This document shows positions 38,282-48,513 of a stretch of DNA of 64,000 bases, piece after piece. Within the stretch, counting starts at the first letter, position 1. Each line of letters opens with the position of its first letter. The stretch is from Candidatus Latescibacterota bacterium (GTDB taxonomy: Bacteria; Latescibacterota; UBA2968; GCA-2709665). Made by a program: the position numbers and the translations under genes. The DNA lies in contig OZ242180.1 in NCBI GenBank assembly GCA_965205485.1, forward strand, positions 3,552,001 through 3,616,000, given 5' to 3'. Under the pieces are notes generated by a model. That model was given only the letters and a program-made list of their open reading frames with translations. It had not been told where the DNA came from and searched no databases.

Positions 38282-38324
38282 TTCTTTTTCGCCCTTTTTC
38301 TTGTGGCGATACAAGAAAAAGGGC
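38282..38324. repeat. Mirror-plus-inverted repeat (potential intrastrand triplex element)
   Basis: TTCTTTTTC-GCC-CTTTTTCTT mirror repeat and a 14-bp stem GCCCTTTTTCTTGT/ACAAGAAAAAGGGC. Confidence 0.6.
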
Positions 38325-38456
38325 AAGGGAATAGGGGACGTTAAAGGGTTTGGTGGGATCTTGCAGGTGAAAGTTGGTGGAAACGGGTGGAGTCAGGACC
38401 CCGCCCGAAGCGAGCTTCGGAGCGGGGTCCGTAATCTGCAAAGAAGGAGATCGAAG

Positions 38457-39740
38457 ATGGCAGGGGAACTCGCGATTCTTGGCGGCGAAAAGGCAATTAC
38501 GGCCGATAGCGGGGAGCAGTGGCGTCGACCCGTGGAGAAGGAAAAAGCCGCGGTCTGCGCCCTGATCGACGAAGGCTATCTCTCCGGATCGGGATCGGGG
38601 GTTCCGAAGGAATTTGAGGAACGGTTCGCGGAGTACGTGGGCTGCAAATACGTCCTCACGACCAGCCACGGGCATACGGCGCTCGCCAGTGGATTCTTCG
38701 CGGCGGGCCTGGGCGCGGGCGATGAATTCATCACCCCATCGGTCGGTTATATAGGCAGCTACGCGGGCGCGTTGCATATGGGCGCCACGCCGGTGTTCTG
38801 CGAGATCGATCCGGAGACGCTGTTGATGGACCCGGACGACGCGGCGCTGCGGATCACGGACAGGACCCGCGTGCTCTCGCCGATCCACTCGTGCGGCCGG
38901 GTGTGCGATATGGACCGGCTGCTGGCCCTTGCGGACGCCCACGGACTGGTGGTGGTGGAGGACGCGGCTCACGCGCACGGCAGCGAGTGGGACGGCGTGA
39001 AGATCGGCAACCTGGGGCATATCGCGTGCTTCAGCATGCAGGGTTCGATGCCCGGGGGCAAACCCGTCGCGGGCGGCGAGGCCGGCATCGTGGCGACGAA
39101 CGACCGCGAGTTGTACGAGCGCGCGTTGATCTACTGCCACCTGCACCGGCCGGGCGCGGTGCAGGAGCTCACGAACCCGGTCTACCGTGAGCTGGAACCG
39201 CAGCTTCTCGGATGGAAATGGCGGCCGCATCCGCTGGCCATGGCTATCGGCCTTATCTCGCTTGAACACCTTCCCGAACGGATGGACCGGTTTGAAGCCA
39301 ACCGTGAGGCCCTGTTCCGAAAAATCGAGGGCCTGCCGGGAATCCGGCCGGTCTGCAATTACAGGAAAGCCAGGGGTGTGGAGCTTTACGGCGGGATCAA
39401 GTTCATCTACGAGCCGGAAGCGCTGGGCGGGTTGCCCGCGCCCCGGTTCGTGGCGGCCATGCGTGCCGAAGGCGCGCCCCTGAACGGCCCGGGCGTGGGC
39501 CACATGGAACATCTTCGGTCCATTTATACCAAAGACCTTCCCGGACTCTGGGGAGCGGGTCACGACGGACCGGCGAATGTGCCTCTGCCCCGCTATCGCG
39601 AGGGCGATTTCCCGGTTTCGGAAGCGATCCGCGGGCGGGTGCTGTCCTATCCGGGACATATCCAGGCCGCGGACGGGTTCATCGATCAGTTCGCTGCGGC
39701 GTTCCGGAAGGTCGTGCTTCAGCATCAGCAGCTATTGTAG
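38457..39740 (+). CDS. DegT/DnrJ/EryC1/StrS PLP aminotransferase
   Basis: ELAILGG, GATPVFCEID, VEDAAHAHG and FSMQ...KPVAGGEAG, with an AGGAG RBS. Confidence 0.88.
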   Translation: MAGELAILGGEKAITADSGEQWRRPVEKEKAAVCALIDEGYLSGSGSGVPKEFEERFAEYVGCKYVLTTSHGHTALASGFFAAGLGAGDEFITPSVGYIGSYAGALHMGATPVFCEIDPETLLMDPDDAALRITDRTRVLSPIHSCGRVCDMDRLLALADAHGLVVVEDAAHAHGSEWDGVKIGNLGHIACFSMQGSMPGGKPVAGGEAGIVATNDRELYERALIYCHLHRPGAVQELTNPVYRELEPQLLGWKWRPHPLAMAIGLISLEHLPERMDRFEANREALFRKIEGLPGIRPVCNYRKARGVELYGGIKFIYEPEALGGLPAPRFVAAMRAEGAPLNGPGVGHMEHLRSIYTKDLPGLWGAGHDGPANVPLPRYREGDFPVSEAIRGRVLSYPGHIQAADGFIDQFAAAFRKVVLQHQQLL

Positions 39741-39807
39741 GCGTCTGTTGGAAACGTCGCGCTGCAGGCGAGCCGGCCGAAGTCCGGATGGGCTTCTTCA
39801 ACGGGCT
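39741..39807. mobile_element. MITE family 1, degenerate remnant
   Basis: gtctgttggaaacgtcgcgctgcaggcgag...ccggatgggcttcttcaacgggct matches both ends of 53471-53630. Confidence 0.55.
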
Positions 39808-39822
39808 AACAGGAGGCGTGGG

Positions 39823-40602
39823 TTGGCTGGATCCGTGGCGTTTGGTTCTCCGCTGGAGGTGCGGCTCGCGTGCCGCCGGAATGCGCTGAAGACCGTGGCG
39901 TCGCGCGCGCTTTCGGGCTACCTTTGCGTGAATGTGGTCATGATGGACGAGGCGTACGCCGCGGAGTTCGAGCGATTCTGCAGGGCGAACCCGAAGCCGT
40001 GTCCGCTGCTGGCCGTAATGCCAGCAGGCCGGACGGATTGTCCGGAATTTGCGCGCGGGCTCGACATTCGCACCGATCTGGGTTCGTACGACGTGATCCG
40101 GGAGGGCGTGGTTGTCGAGCAGCGACGGGACGTGGTTTCCCTCTATTCAGGCGACATGGTCACGTTTCTGATCGGTTCCAGCGTGTCATTCGACGGCCTC
40201 CTGGTCGAAAAGGGATACGAACCCGCGTTCGGTCCGTGTATTCAGCTGACCGACCTGGACTGCGAACCGGCGGGAAGGTTTCGGAGCAAAATGGCGGTAA
40301 CGATGCGGAGCTTTCTCCCCGATCGCTGCGACGCTGTATGGGAATACACAAGTCATTTTCCGGCGTGCCATGGGGCGCCTCTTGGCAGGAATAACGGCCG
40401 GGAACTGGGTATTCCGGACCTGAATGCGACGATTTCAGGGAATCCGATAGAGGTTCCAGAGAGCACCGACCGCCTCTACTGGGCCTGCGGCGTGACGCCC
40501 AGCCTGGCGGCACAACAGGCCCGGCTGCCATTCGCCCTTTCCTACACGCCCGGCCACGCGCTGATTACGGATATACCAACCGAGAGTCTGTATGAAGCTT
40601 GA
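39823..40602 (+). CDS. DUF1445 family (D-glutamate cyclase-like putative hydro-lyase)
   Basis: FCRANPKPCPLL, DIRTD, TMRSF, HGAP, WACGVTP and TPGHALITD. TTG start follows AGGAGG. Confidence 0.8.
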   Translation: MAGSVAFGSPLEVRLACRRNALKTVASRALSGYLCVNVVMMDEAYAAEFERFCRANPKPCPLLAVMPAGRTDCPEFARGLDIRTDLGSYDVIREGVVVEQRRDVVSLYSGDMVTFLIGSSVSFDGLLVEKGYEPAFGPCIQLTDLDCEPAGRFRSKMAVTMRSFLPDRCDAVWEYTSHFPACHGAPLGRNNGRELGIPDLNATISGNPIEVPESTDRLYWACGVTPSLAAQQARLPFALSYTPGHALITDIPTESLYEA

Positions 40603-40608
40603 AGTAAA

Positions 40609-40724
40609 GCTGTCAGCGATCAGCCGTCAGCTCTCAGCCAAAGGCGGTTCCTGCTAAGGATAAGCATCGGGAATCTTCGATAACCCCACCGCCATGTGGG
40701 CAACCACAAGGGTTGCCTCTACAA
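40609..40724. repeat. Composite heptamer plus REP repeat, copy 2
   Basis: Same organisation as 975-1090. Confidence 0.75.
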
Positions 40725-40855
40725 ATCCAGATATCACGCGTACGGTTGTGGAGTGGGGGGTTTTTCCGTGCCAGGACCAGCCTGCCATAACATCCCATCC
40801 GTGTGGTTCGGTAGAATCTGATGCTGTACGTTGAAGATGTCCCGGAGGACGAGCG

Positions 40856-41605
40856 GTGAGCAAGTCCAACTGGCTGGACGCGGCAACGGCAACCTGGCCG
40901 GAGTGCAGGGATTTCCTTGCGGACACGCCCGCGGCAATCCTGCCGCTGGGCGCGACCGAACAACACGGCCCCCACCTGCCGCAGAACACGGATACCGTGC
41001 TCGCGGAGGCGCTGGCCGCAGAGGTCGCAAAACAGAGTTCCGGCCTCCTTCTGCCTTCGGTCCAGGTGGGGTACTCCTGGAGCTGGCGCGACTATCCGGG
41101 CACGCTCACGTTCTCGTTCGACACATTTCGCGAGGTCGTGAAGGACCTGGCGCGCAGCGTGCACCGGGGAGGCTGCCGCGCGCTGATGACGCTTTCGGGA
41201 CACGGCGCGAACCCGGGCCCGCTGAAGATGACCGCCAGGGAACTCGTCGACGAGATGGACCTGAGGGTATTGAATGTCTTCTATCCCGGCCTGGATGAAG
41301 TGATGGCCGATGCGGAGTCGCCGCAATGGGCGCCGATGAACTTTCACGCGGAGGAATTCGAAACGTCATTGATGCTCTACCTGAAGCCCGACTGGGTCAG
41401 GATGGACAGGGCCGTGCGGGAGTACCCGCCGCGGTCTACCGATTACGAGATGTCCACGCTGCCCCTGGGAAGCCTGTCCCGATCGGGGGTGTTCGGCGAT
41501 GCCACGGTCGCTTCCGCCGAAAAGGGCGAGCGCTGGTTTCACGCGTGTGTGGCGCGCATGGCGCGGGTGTGGACGGAATTCCTGTCCGCGCCGGATGACA
41601 GGTAG
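40856..41605 (+). CDS. Creatininase family amidohydrolase
   Basis: LPLGATEQHGPHLP..TD, GHGAN, HAEEFETS, GVFGD and ASAEKG. Confidence 0.88.
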   Translation: MSKSNWLDAATATWPECRDFLADTPAAILPLGATEQHGPHLPQNTDTVLAEALAAEVAKQSSGLLLPSVQVGYSWSWRDYPGTLTFSFDTFREVVKDLARSVHRGGCRALMTLSGHGANPGPLKMTARELVDEMDLRVLNVFYPGLDEVMADAESPQWAPMNFHAEEFETSLMLYLKPDWVRMDRAVREYPPRSTDYEMSTLPLGSLSRSGVFGDATVASAEKGERWFHACVARMARVWTEFLSAPDDR

Positions 41606-41614
41606 GGGGGCGGG

Positions 41615-42538
41615 ATGGGAACGGTAGTGTCGGTTCGGGGCGAGATCGACGGCGAAGATCTGGGCATCGTGGATTACCATGAACACCTCTATTTCGACGC
41701 CCCGGACTGGCTGCTGAGAGAAGATCGGGATTTCCGGCTGAACAGCGTGGAGCGGTCTGCCGAGGAGCTTCGATCCTGGGCGCGCGCGGGCGGCAGGACC
41801 CTGATCGAGATGTCGGCGATCGACTTCGGCCGGAATGTCCGGCAGGTGGTCAGGATAGCTGATCTGGTACCTGACGTGCACGTGGTTGTCATCACGGGAT
41901 ACAACAAGCCCTATTTCTGTGACCGCGCGATCCTGAATCAGGATGAAGACGCAATGGTCCGGAATTGTATCCGGGATATCGAGACAGGCATCGACGGCAC
42001 CGGCGTGAAGGCCGGCATCGTCAAGGGAGGCAGCGGATACAATACGTTTCAGGAGGCCGACAGGAAGCTCATGCGCATCGCGGCGAAGGTGCACGTGGAA
42101 ACCGGCGTGCCCGTGATGACCCACACGGAAGCCGGCACGATGGGTAACGACCAGGTCTCGCTCCTTGACGCGCAGGGCGTACCGCCGGACCGCGTATGTC
42201 TGAGTCACATGGACAGGAATCCGGATTTCTGGGAGCACAGGCGAATTGCGGAAACAGGGGCTTATCTGGGCTACGACTGCCCGGGCAAGGTGAAGTACGG
42301 ACCGGACGAAATGCGCATTGACCTGCTGAAGCGGATGATCGACGCAGGGCTGGGCGACCGCATTCTGCTGGGCAACGATCTGGGCCGGCCCAGTTACTGG
42401 CGAAGCTACGGTGGCGGTCCCGGCCTGGACTTCGTGCTGACCCGGTTCGTGCCCCGGCTTCGGGAAGAGGGCGTATCCGACGCCGCGATCCAGGACCTGC
42501 TGGAGAACAACCCGCGGCGTTTTCTGACCGGGGAATGA
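41615..42538 (+). CDS. Phosphotriesterase-related protein
   Basis: DYHEHL, GRNV, GIVK, THTEAG, SHMDR, LLGNDLG and NNPRR. Confidence 0.88.
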   Translation: MGTVVSVRGEIDGEDLGIVDYHEHLYFDAPDWLLREDRDFRLNSVERSAEELRSWARAGGRTLIEMSAIDFGRNVRQVVRIADLVPDVHVVVITGYNKPYFCDRAILNQDEDAMVRNCIRDIETGIDGTGVKAGIVKGGSGYNTFQEADRKLMRIAAKVHVETGVPVMTHTEAGTMGNDQVSLLDAQGVPPDRVCLSHMDRNPDFWEHRRIAETGAYLGYDCPGKVKYGPDEMRIDLLKRMIDAGLGDRILLGNDLGRPSYWRSYGGGPGLDFVLTRFVPRLREEGVSDAAIQDLLENNPRRFLTGE

Positions 42539-42565
42539 CGCCACCATTTGCGATGGGTCCGGGCT

Positions 42566-44064
42566 ATGCCACTGGTAATCGGAATTGACCTGGGGACGTC
42601 CAGCACGAAGACGATTGCGTTGGATGAAAGCGGCGTCGTATTAGCAACTGCCAGTGCGAGTTACGAATTGCAGACGCCGCACCCGGGATGGGTGGAGCAG
42701 GACGCGGGCGACTGGTGGACGGCGATCTGCAAGACAACCCGGGCGGTTGCGGCCGACCTGTGGGCGCAGGGACGGTCCGTGGATGAAATCCGGGGTGTTT
42801 CACTGTCCGGACATATGAACGGGGCCGTTTTCGTGGACGGCGCCGGCAACCCGTTGCGGGCGCCCATTCTCTGGCTCGACCGTCGTTCGCAGGCCGAATG
42901 CGACTCGGCGAACGCGCACGCGGGGGACCTGCTGCGGACCCGGGCCATGCACGTGATGAATCCCATCAACACGCTGGCCAAGGTGTTGTGGGTCCGCGCT
43001 CACGAGGGGGAAGTTTACGAAAAGGCGCGGTTAGTGCTGATCCCGAAGGACTGGGTGCGATTCCGGATGACGGGTACATTCGGTACTGACGTATCGGACG
43101 CATCGGTATCCGCGGCCGCGGATGTCCGGGCGAGGAATTGGAGCGGTGAGATACTTGACGCGCTGGAGGTGCGTCGCGATCTTTTTCCCGATATCTCGGA
43201 GTCTCCGGAGGTGATCGGAGCGTTGACCGGCGCAGCTTCCCGTGAAATGGGGCTGGCAGCGAACACACCCGTCTGCGCCGGCGGCGGCGATGTTGCCTGT
43301 CTCGCGGTGGGCAGCGGGGTGATCAGTCCGGGCGTCGTAAACGTGGGCATCGGCACGGCGGGGCACGCGCTCGCGTTCGCGGAGAGATTGGATCCCGCGG
43401 CTTATAACAGGCTCTGGCCGATGTGTCATTCGGTACCGGGCGCCTTCTTCTGGCTGGGGTGTTCATATACGTGCGGGGCGAGTCTGGCGTGGTTGAGTCG
43501 ACAGATGGGAGAAGACGTCGCTTCTCTGACCCGGCAGGCGGAAGATGCGCCCTTGGGCAGCGAAGGGCTGTTCTTTCTTCCCTGGCTGGAGGGGGCGGCA
43601 ACGCCCCACCCTGACGCGCGCGCCCGGGGCGGATGGATCGGGCTGACCCTGCGCCATACGAAGGCGCACCTGGTCCGCTCGCTGATGGAGGGCGTGGCGT
43701 TCGACCTGAGACGATCTCTGGAGTGTTTCGAAGACATCGGGCTGCCAATCGAGGACCTGCGAATAGGCGAGGGCGGCGCGCGGTCCGCGTTATGGCGTCA
43801 GATCCAGGTCGACGTGTTCGGACGCGACGCACGGGTCCTGGAAGTGCAGCATGCGTCGGCGCTGGGCGCGGCCCTGATCGCCGGCGTGGGCGTGGGTGTA
43901 TTTCCCGATTTTGAAACGGCCTGCGAACGCTCGGTGGTCTGGGCGAAGCCGTCCGGTGCGGCGGGAAGCGCGCGATCCGTTACGAGAAGCAGTTTCAGCG
44001 GTACCGCGGCCTGTATCCGAGCCTGAAAGGCTGGTTTAACGAGAACACGACAACGGCGCCATAG
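42566..44064 (+). CDS. xylB: Xylulokinase-like FGGY sugar kinase (probable frameshift near 43940)
   Basis: GIDLGTSSTK, PKDWVRF, GGGD, GTAG and MEGVAF. The typical tail YQRYRGLYPSL lies in another frame and ends at 44064 (as-read stop at 44026). Confidence 0.8.
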
Positions 44065-44140
44065 TCCGCTATTCATACCGGGATGCGGACACACGAAAAC
44101 CCGGTTTTCATACTTGCAGCTTCGATGAGGAGCTCACGCA

Positions 44141-44521
44141 ATGGATAAGGCTTTTGAGCGACCCTACAGACCCTTGAACCTCGACGATTCGTGGATCGAG
44201 TCCTTTCCGCTGAAGGCCATGGCCCGACAGCTCATGGACGAAGATGCGTATGGCGAATCGGGCCGGAACGCGCTGACGCTGGTTCGCGGGGATAAGATGA
44301 CCTTGGTCCTTACCGTAATAAGGGCGGGGACAGCTTTGCACGAACACCGTGCCCCGGGCCCGGCGACCGTGATTCCGCTGAGCGGGAACATCCGGATGTC
44401 GGGTGGTCATGAGAAAATGACCCTGGAACCCGGATCGGCGGTTTCGTTCACGCCGGACGTCCTTCACGCGGTGGAGGCCGTCGAAGACAGCGCGTTTCTC
44501 ATCGTGATCGGCGGGAGATAG
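44141..44521 (+). CDS. Cupin domain protein
   Basis: LHEHRAPG and VLHAVEAVEDSAFL. Confidence 0.8.
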   Translation: MDKAFERPYRPLNLDDSWIESFPLKAMARQLMDEDAYGESGRNALTLVRGDKMTLVLTVIRAGTALHEHRAPGPATVIPLSGNIRMSGGHEKMTLEPGSAVSFTPDVLHAVEAVEDSAFLIVIGGR

Positions 44522-44557
44522 ACGAGGCGCGCGGTTACAAATGGGAGATTTCCTGAT

Positions 44558-45361
44558 ATGGAAACGCTGAGCGAAGCGCAGGTCGCCTTTTTTCGTGAAA
44601 ACGGATACATCCGCCTCGAAGGCATGTTCTCTCCCGGCGAAGTCCGGGAGATGGGCGACGAACTGGACTACATCATGAAGGAGTTCGCGAACTGGGATTC
44701 CGCCTGGAAGGGGCCCTGGCGGAAGGAGTATATGGACGAAGAGGAGGACGCGGTGGCAACGCTGGTGGCCATCCATGAGTTGCAGCACTATTCCGCGGCC
44801 TGGTCCCGCGCCATTACGAAGCGGGAATTGGGTGCCGCGGTAGGCGATCTCCTGGGATCGGAGGCCGTTGAATTGCACCATGTCACACTGCACGCGAAGC
44901 CGCCGGACAAGGGGGCGCCGTTTCCCATGCACCAGGACCTGCCGTTTTTCCCGCACGAAGACGGAAGATACACGGATTGCCTGGTACACCTGGACGACGC
45001 CGACGAAACCAGCGGATGCATCAAGTTCCTCAAGGGATCGCACCGGCTCGGCAAGCTGGAGCATATCACGGGCGCCGGTACCGCGCCCCACCTGCCAACG
45101 GACCGGTACCGGCTTCAGGATGCCGTTTCGGTGCCGGCCAGGGCCGGCGACGTGGTCCTGTTCTACCTCTGGACCATCCACGGGTCGGCCGTGAATCACA
45201 GCGGAAACTGGCGTCGCCTGGTACGGCTCGGTTTCAGAGATCCCCGCAACCGGCAGGAAGGCGGGCAGGGCATGGGGCGGCCCGGCTTTATCGTCAAAGG
45301 CGTCCGGCCCAGGGTGGAGGGGGTAGAGGTGGACGTGTACGGAAACTGGGCGCAGAATTGA
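44558..45361 (+). CDS. Phytanoyl-CoA dioxygenase family protein
   Basis: FFRENGY, PMHQD, GCIKFLKGSH and TIHGS. Confidence 0.88.
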   Translation: METLSEAQVAFFRENGYIRLEGMFSPGEVREMGDELDYIMKEFANWDSAWKGPWRKEYMDEEEDAVATLVAIHELQHYSAAWSRAITKRELGAAVGDLLGSEAVELHHVTLHAKPPDKGAPFPMHQDLPFFPHEDGRYTDCLVHLDDADETSGCIKFLKGSHRLGKLEHITGAGTAPHLPTDRYRLQDAVSVPARAGDVVLFYLWTIHGSAVNHSGNWRRLVRLGFRDPRNRQEGGQGMGRPGFIVKGVRPRVEGVEVDVYGNWAQN

Positions 45362-45395
45362 TCGTCAACTCCGTGTCAGACGTGTTGGGCCGTAT

Positions 45396-46607
45396 ATGAA
45401 TGAACCTGCGGTGCTGCTTGAATGTAACCGTAACGATCAGAACGGCGTCTCGTACGCTTTTTCCGGATGCGTCGGTCAGGTTGTCGCCCACTGTCCGACG
45501 ACAGTGTACGCGGCGCTGAAGGAGGTGGACCGTGCCGTATCCCGCGGCCTGCACGCCGCGGGATACATCGCGTACGAAGCGGCCGCCGGACTGGATCCCG
45601 CGCAGAAGACCCGCCCGCCGGGTGCAATGCCCCTGGTCTGGTTCGGTTTATTTGAAAGGCGGATTCCGGCGAAGGAGGCCGGTTCCCGGCCGGATCGCGC
45701 ATATTCGGTTTCGGGATGGCGTCCTTCCATCAGTAAAGCGGAGTACGAGGACGTGGTGGGCAGGATCCGCGGTTATATTGCGGCGGGCGATACGTATCAG
45801 GTCAATTTCACCTATCGGATGCGGGCGGATTTCGAAGGAGACGCCGCCGCCTTCTATTCGGACCTGTGCCGCTCGCAGCGGACCGCATATTCGGCCTATG
45901 TGGATTCCGGACGTTTTCAGGTTCTTTCGGCGTCCCCCGAGCTGTTTTTCCGTTTGAAGTCGGGTGAATTGACCGCTCGACCGATGAAGGGAACGAGGCG
46001 TCGCGGCAGGTTTCCGGAGGAGGACCGTTTCCTGTCAGACGACCTGAGAACGTCGCCTAAAGATCGGGCGGAGAACGTGATGATCGTGGATATGCTCCGG
46101 AACGACCTCGGGCGGGTGTCGATAACCGGCAGCGTAGAAGCCCCAACGCTCTGGGAGGTGGAACGATATGAGACGGTGCTGCAGATGACGTCCACCGTAC
46201 GTTCCCGTCTCCGAAACGGAGTCGGAGTTTCAGACATACTCAGATCGGCTTTTCCATGCGGTTCAGTTACCGGTGCGCCAAAGGTGCGGACCATGGAGAT
46301 CATCTCGGAGCTGGAGGACTCCCCTCGAGGGGTCTATACAGGCAGCGTCGGATACGTATCTCCCGGACCCGAGGCCCAGTTCAATGTCGCCATCCGTACG
46401 GTTACGGTCGACCGGGAGAAAGCGCTCGCGGAGTTTGGCGTGGGCAGCGGCGTGACGTACGATTCCAGTGCAGGAAACGAGTACGAGGAATGCCGGACCA
46501 AGGCGCGCATGTTGATGGATGTCGGGACGGGTTTTCGGGGCTCGGTGAACGGAATCGCAAACCTTGACCGACCCGGTCAGCCGGCAGAGGCGACCCGAAT
46601 GGCTTAG
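45396..46607 (+). CDS. pabB: Aminodeoxychorismate synthase component I
   Basis: GDTYQVNF, SASPELFF, RPMKGT, AENVMIVDMLRNDLG and FPCGSVTGAPK. Confidence 0.85.
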   Translation: MNEPAVLLECNRNDQNGVSYAFSGCVGQVVAHCPTTVYAALKEVDRAVSRGLHAAGYIAYEAAAGLDPAQKTRPPGAMPLVWFGLFERRIPAKEAGSRPDRAYSVSGWRPSISKAEYEDVVGRIRGYIAAGDTYQVNFTYRMRADFEGDAAAFYSDLCRSQRTAYSAYVDSGRFQVLSASPELFFRLKSGELTARPMKGTRRRGRFPEEDRFLSDDLRTSPKDRAENVMIVDMLRNDLGRVSITGSVEAPTLWEVERYETVLQMTSTVRSRLRNGVGVSDILRSAFPCGSVTGAPKVRTMEIISELEDSPRGVYTGSVGYVSPGPEAQFNVAIRTVTVDREKALAEFGVGSGVTYDSSAGNEYEECRTKARMLMDVGTGFRGSVNGIANLDRPGQPAEATRMA

Positions 46608-46677
46608 CGGGAAGCCGCGACCCCTGTCTTGCCGGTAACGATGCAGGAATCCATTGTCCGCGAAACGGTTGCCGACT

Positions 46678-47307
46678 ATGAATACCAACAGGTTCTCCAT
46701 TGCCGAGGCGCTCCGCTTCGGTTGGCGGACAACATTGGACAATCTTGGGTATTTTCTCAGCATCGGGTTTCTGTACCTGGTCATCACTGTGGCTCTGAAC
46801 GGCGCAGTCTACAAGGTGAATGCATACTCGGAGGGCTGGGCGTTCCTTGCCGGTATCGTCGCATTGGTCGCCGGCATGATCATGGACGTGGGGTTGGCGG
46901 CTATTTCCCTGCGTTTCGCGGACGGTCGAACGGCGCGCGTCTCGGATCTCTTCATCCACTATCCATTGGCGCCCACGTACTTTATCGCGACCCTTCTCGC
47001 GACACTGATCGTGCTTGTCGGCCTCGTTCTGCTGATTGTGCCTGGAATCTTCCTTTTGATATTGTTTCTGTTCTATGCCTATCCCATCGTGGACGAAGGC
47101 GCGGGCGCGGTGGCGGCGCTGCGCCGAAGCGCCGCAACGACCAGGGGCGCGAGGTGGCGCCTGTTTCTTTTCGGTCTGCTCACGGTGCTGATCAATGTCG
47201 CCGGTTTCCTTTGTCTTGTGGTTGGATTGTTGCTTACCGTACCTGCGACACTCCTGGCGTACGCGTATGCGTTCAGGCAACTGCAGGCGCAGGAAAGCGG
47301 CGCGTAA
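46678..47307 (+). CDS. Integral membrane protein of unknown function
   Basis: Several hydrophobic helices, GLVLLIVPGI and ALRRSAATTRG. Confidence 0.7.
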   Translation: MNTNRFSIAEALRFGWRTTLDNLGYFLSIGFLYLVITVALNGAVYKVNAYSEGWAFLAGIVALVAGMIMDVGLAAISLRFADGRTARVSDLFIHYPLAPTYFIATLLATLIVLVGLVLLIVPGIFLLILFLFYAYPIVDEGAGAVAALRRSAATTRGARWRLFLFGLLTVLINVAGFLCLVVGLLLTVPATLLAYAYAFRQLQAQESGA

Positions 47308-47325
47308 TTCGAAGCTGGAGGTGCC

Positions 47326-48504
47326 ATGTATCGCATCGGCGACCTGGAACTTGGGCGTGTTGAGAAATTGTTCAGAGACGGAGGTCTCTTTCGATACGGA
47401 CGCACAGGCGAATGCGAACGGTTCGAGGCCAGTTGGGCGAAGCACCTGGGCGTGAAGTACGCCAGGATGACCACCAGCGGGACGTCCGCGCTATATTGTG
47501 CGCTGGTGGGAATGAAGGTGGGCCCCGGCGACGAGGTCATCGTCCCGGCCTGTACCTATATGGCCACGGCGCTGGCGGTACTGTCGGCGGGCGCCATACC
47601 CGTCGTGGCCGACGTGGACGAGTCGATCACGCTCTCCGCGGAAGACGTGGAACGCAGACTGTCGCCCAATACAAAGGCGATCATCCCCGTGCATATGTGG
47701 GGTCTGCCGTGCAACATGAAGGCGCTGATGCGCGTTGCGCGCCGGCACAAACTGCTCGTACTCGAGGACGCATGCCAGGCGGTGGGCGGCGCGTACGAAG
47801 GAAGGATGCTGGGATCGATCGGACACGCGGGCGCCTTCAGTTTCAACTTCTACAAGAATATCTCCAGCGGCGAGGGAGGGGCGTTCGTCACCAGCAACAA
47901 GGTGGTTTTCGGACGCGCCTCCGTGGCGTCGGATTGCTGTTCGTTCTACTGGAACCCGGACCAGAAGAAGGAGGACGAGCAATTCGCGGGACATAATTTC
48001 CGGGCCCCGGAAGTCTCGGGCGCCATTCTGAACGCCCAGCTGCGGCGGCTCGACGGGATGCTGGAGAAAATGGGCGCCCACAAACGGCAGTTGCTGGAGG
48101 CCGGCAGGGCCGCGGGCCTGACCTCAATCGTCAACAACAGCCTGGGGTATGAATGCGCCAGCAATCTGGGTTTCATCTTTTCGAATGAAGAGTCAGCAAG
48201 GGCTTTCGCGGACGGTCTGAGCGGGAACGGCGCGCGCGGATTCCTGCCCATCGATACAGGGCGGCACGTCTATACCCGATGGGACCCGATCATGAGAAAA
48301 CAGGGGGCGCACCACCCCGATATGAATCCCTACAACTTCCCGTCGAACCGGAAGCTGAACGTGAAGTACACAATGGATATGTGCAGCGATTCCCTGGACA
48401 TAATGAGCCGGGCCGTGTTGATCCCGATGCATCCGGACAATACGCAAGCCCGGGTGCGAAAGATGGCGGAAGCGATCAGGAAAGCGGCAGGCGCGTCTCG
48501 CTGA
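47326..48504 (+). CDS. DegT/DnrJ/EryC1/StrS PLP aminotransferase
   Basis: SGTSAL, GDEVIVP, PVHMWG, EDACQAVG and FSFNFYKNISSGEGG. Confidence 0.9.
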   Translation: MYRIGDLELGRVEKLFRDGGLFRYGRTGECERFEASWAKHLGVKYARMTTSGTSALYCALVGMKVGPGDEVIVPACTYMATALAVLSAGAIPVVADVDESITLSAEDVERRLSPNTKAIIPVHMWGLPCNMKALMRVARRHKLLVLEDACQAVGGAYEGRMLGSIGHAGAFSFNFYKNISSGEGGAFVTSNKVVFGRASVASDCCSFYWNPDQKKEDEQFAGHNFRAPEVSGAILNAQLRRLDGMLEKMGAHKRQLLEAGRAAGLTSIVNNSLGYECASNLGFIFSNEESARAFADGLSGNGARGFLPIDTGRHVYTRWDPIMRKQGAHHPDMNPYNFPSNRKLNVKYTMDMCSDSLDIMSRAVLIPMHPDNTQARVRKMAEAIRKAAGASR

Positions 48505-48513
48505 GGAGGACAC

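Noticed and set aside
25962..41605. Creatinine-creatine-sarcosine pathway linking the creatininase-like gene to soxBDAG
   Set aside because: There is no creatinase in the window, the creatininase family is functionally broad, and the sox genes are coupled to glxBCD
45396..46607. pabB as a truncated PabB-PabC fusion
   Set aside because: The chorismate-binding domain looks complete and stand-alone PabB is normal. No lyase remnant is visible downstream
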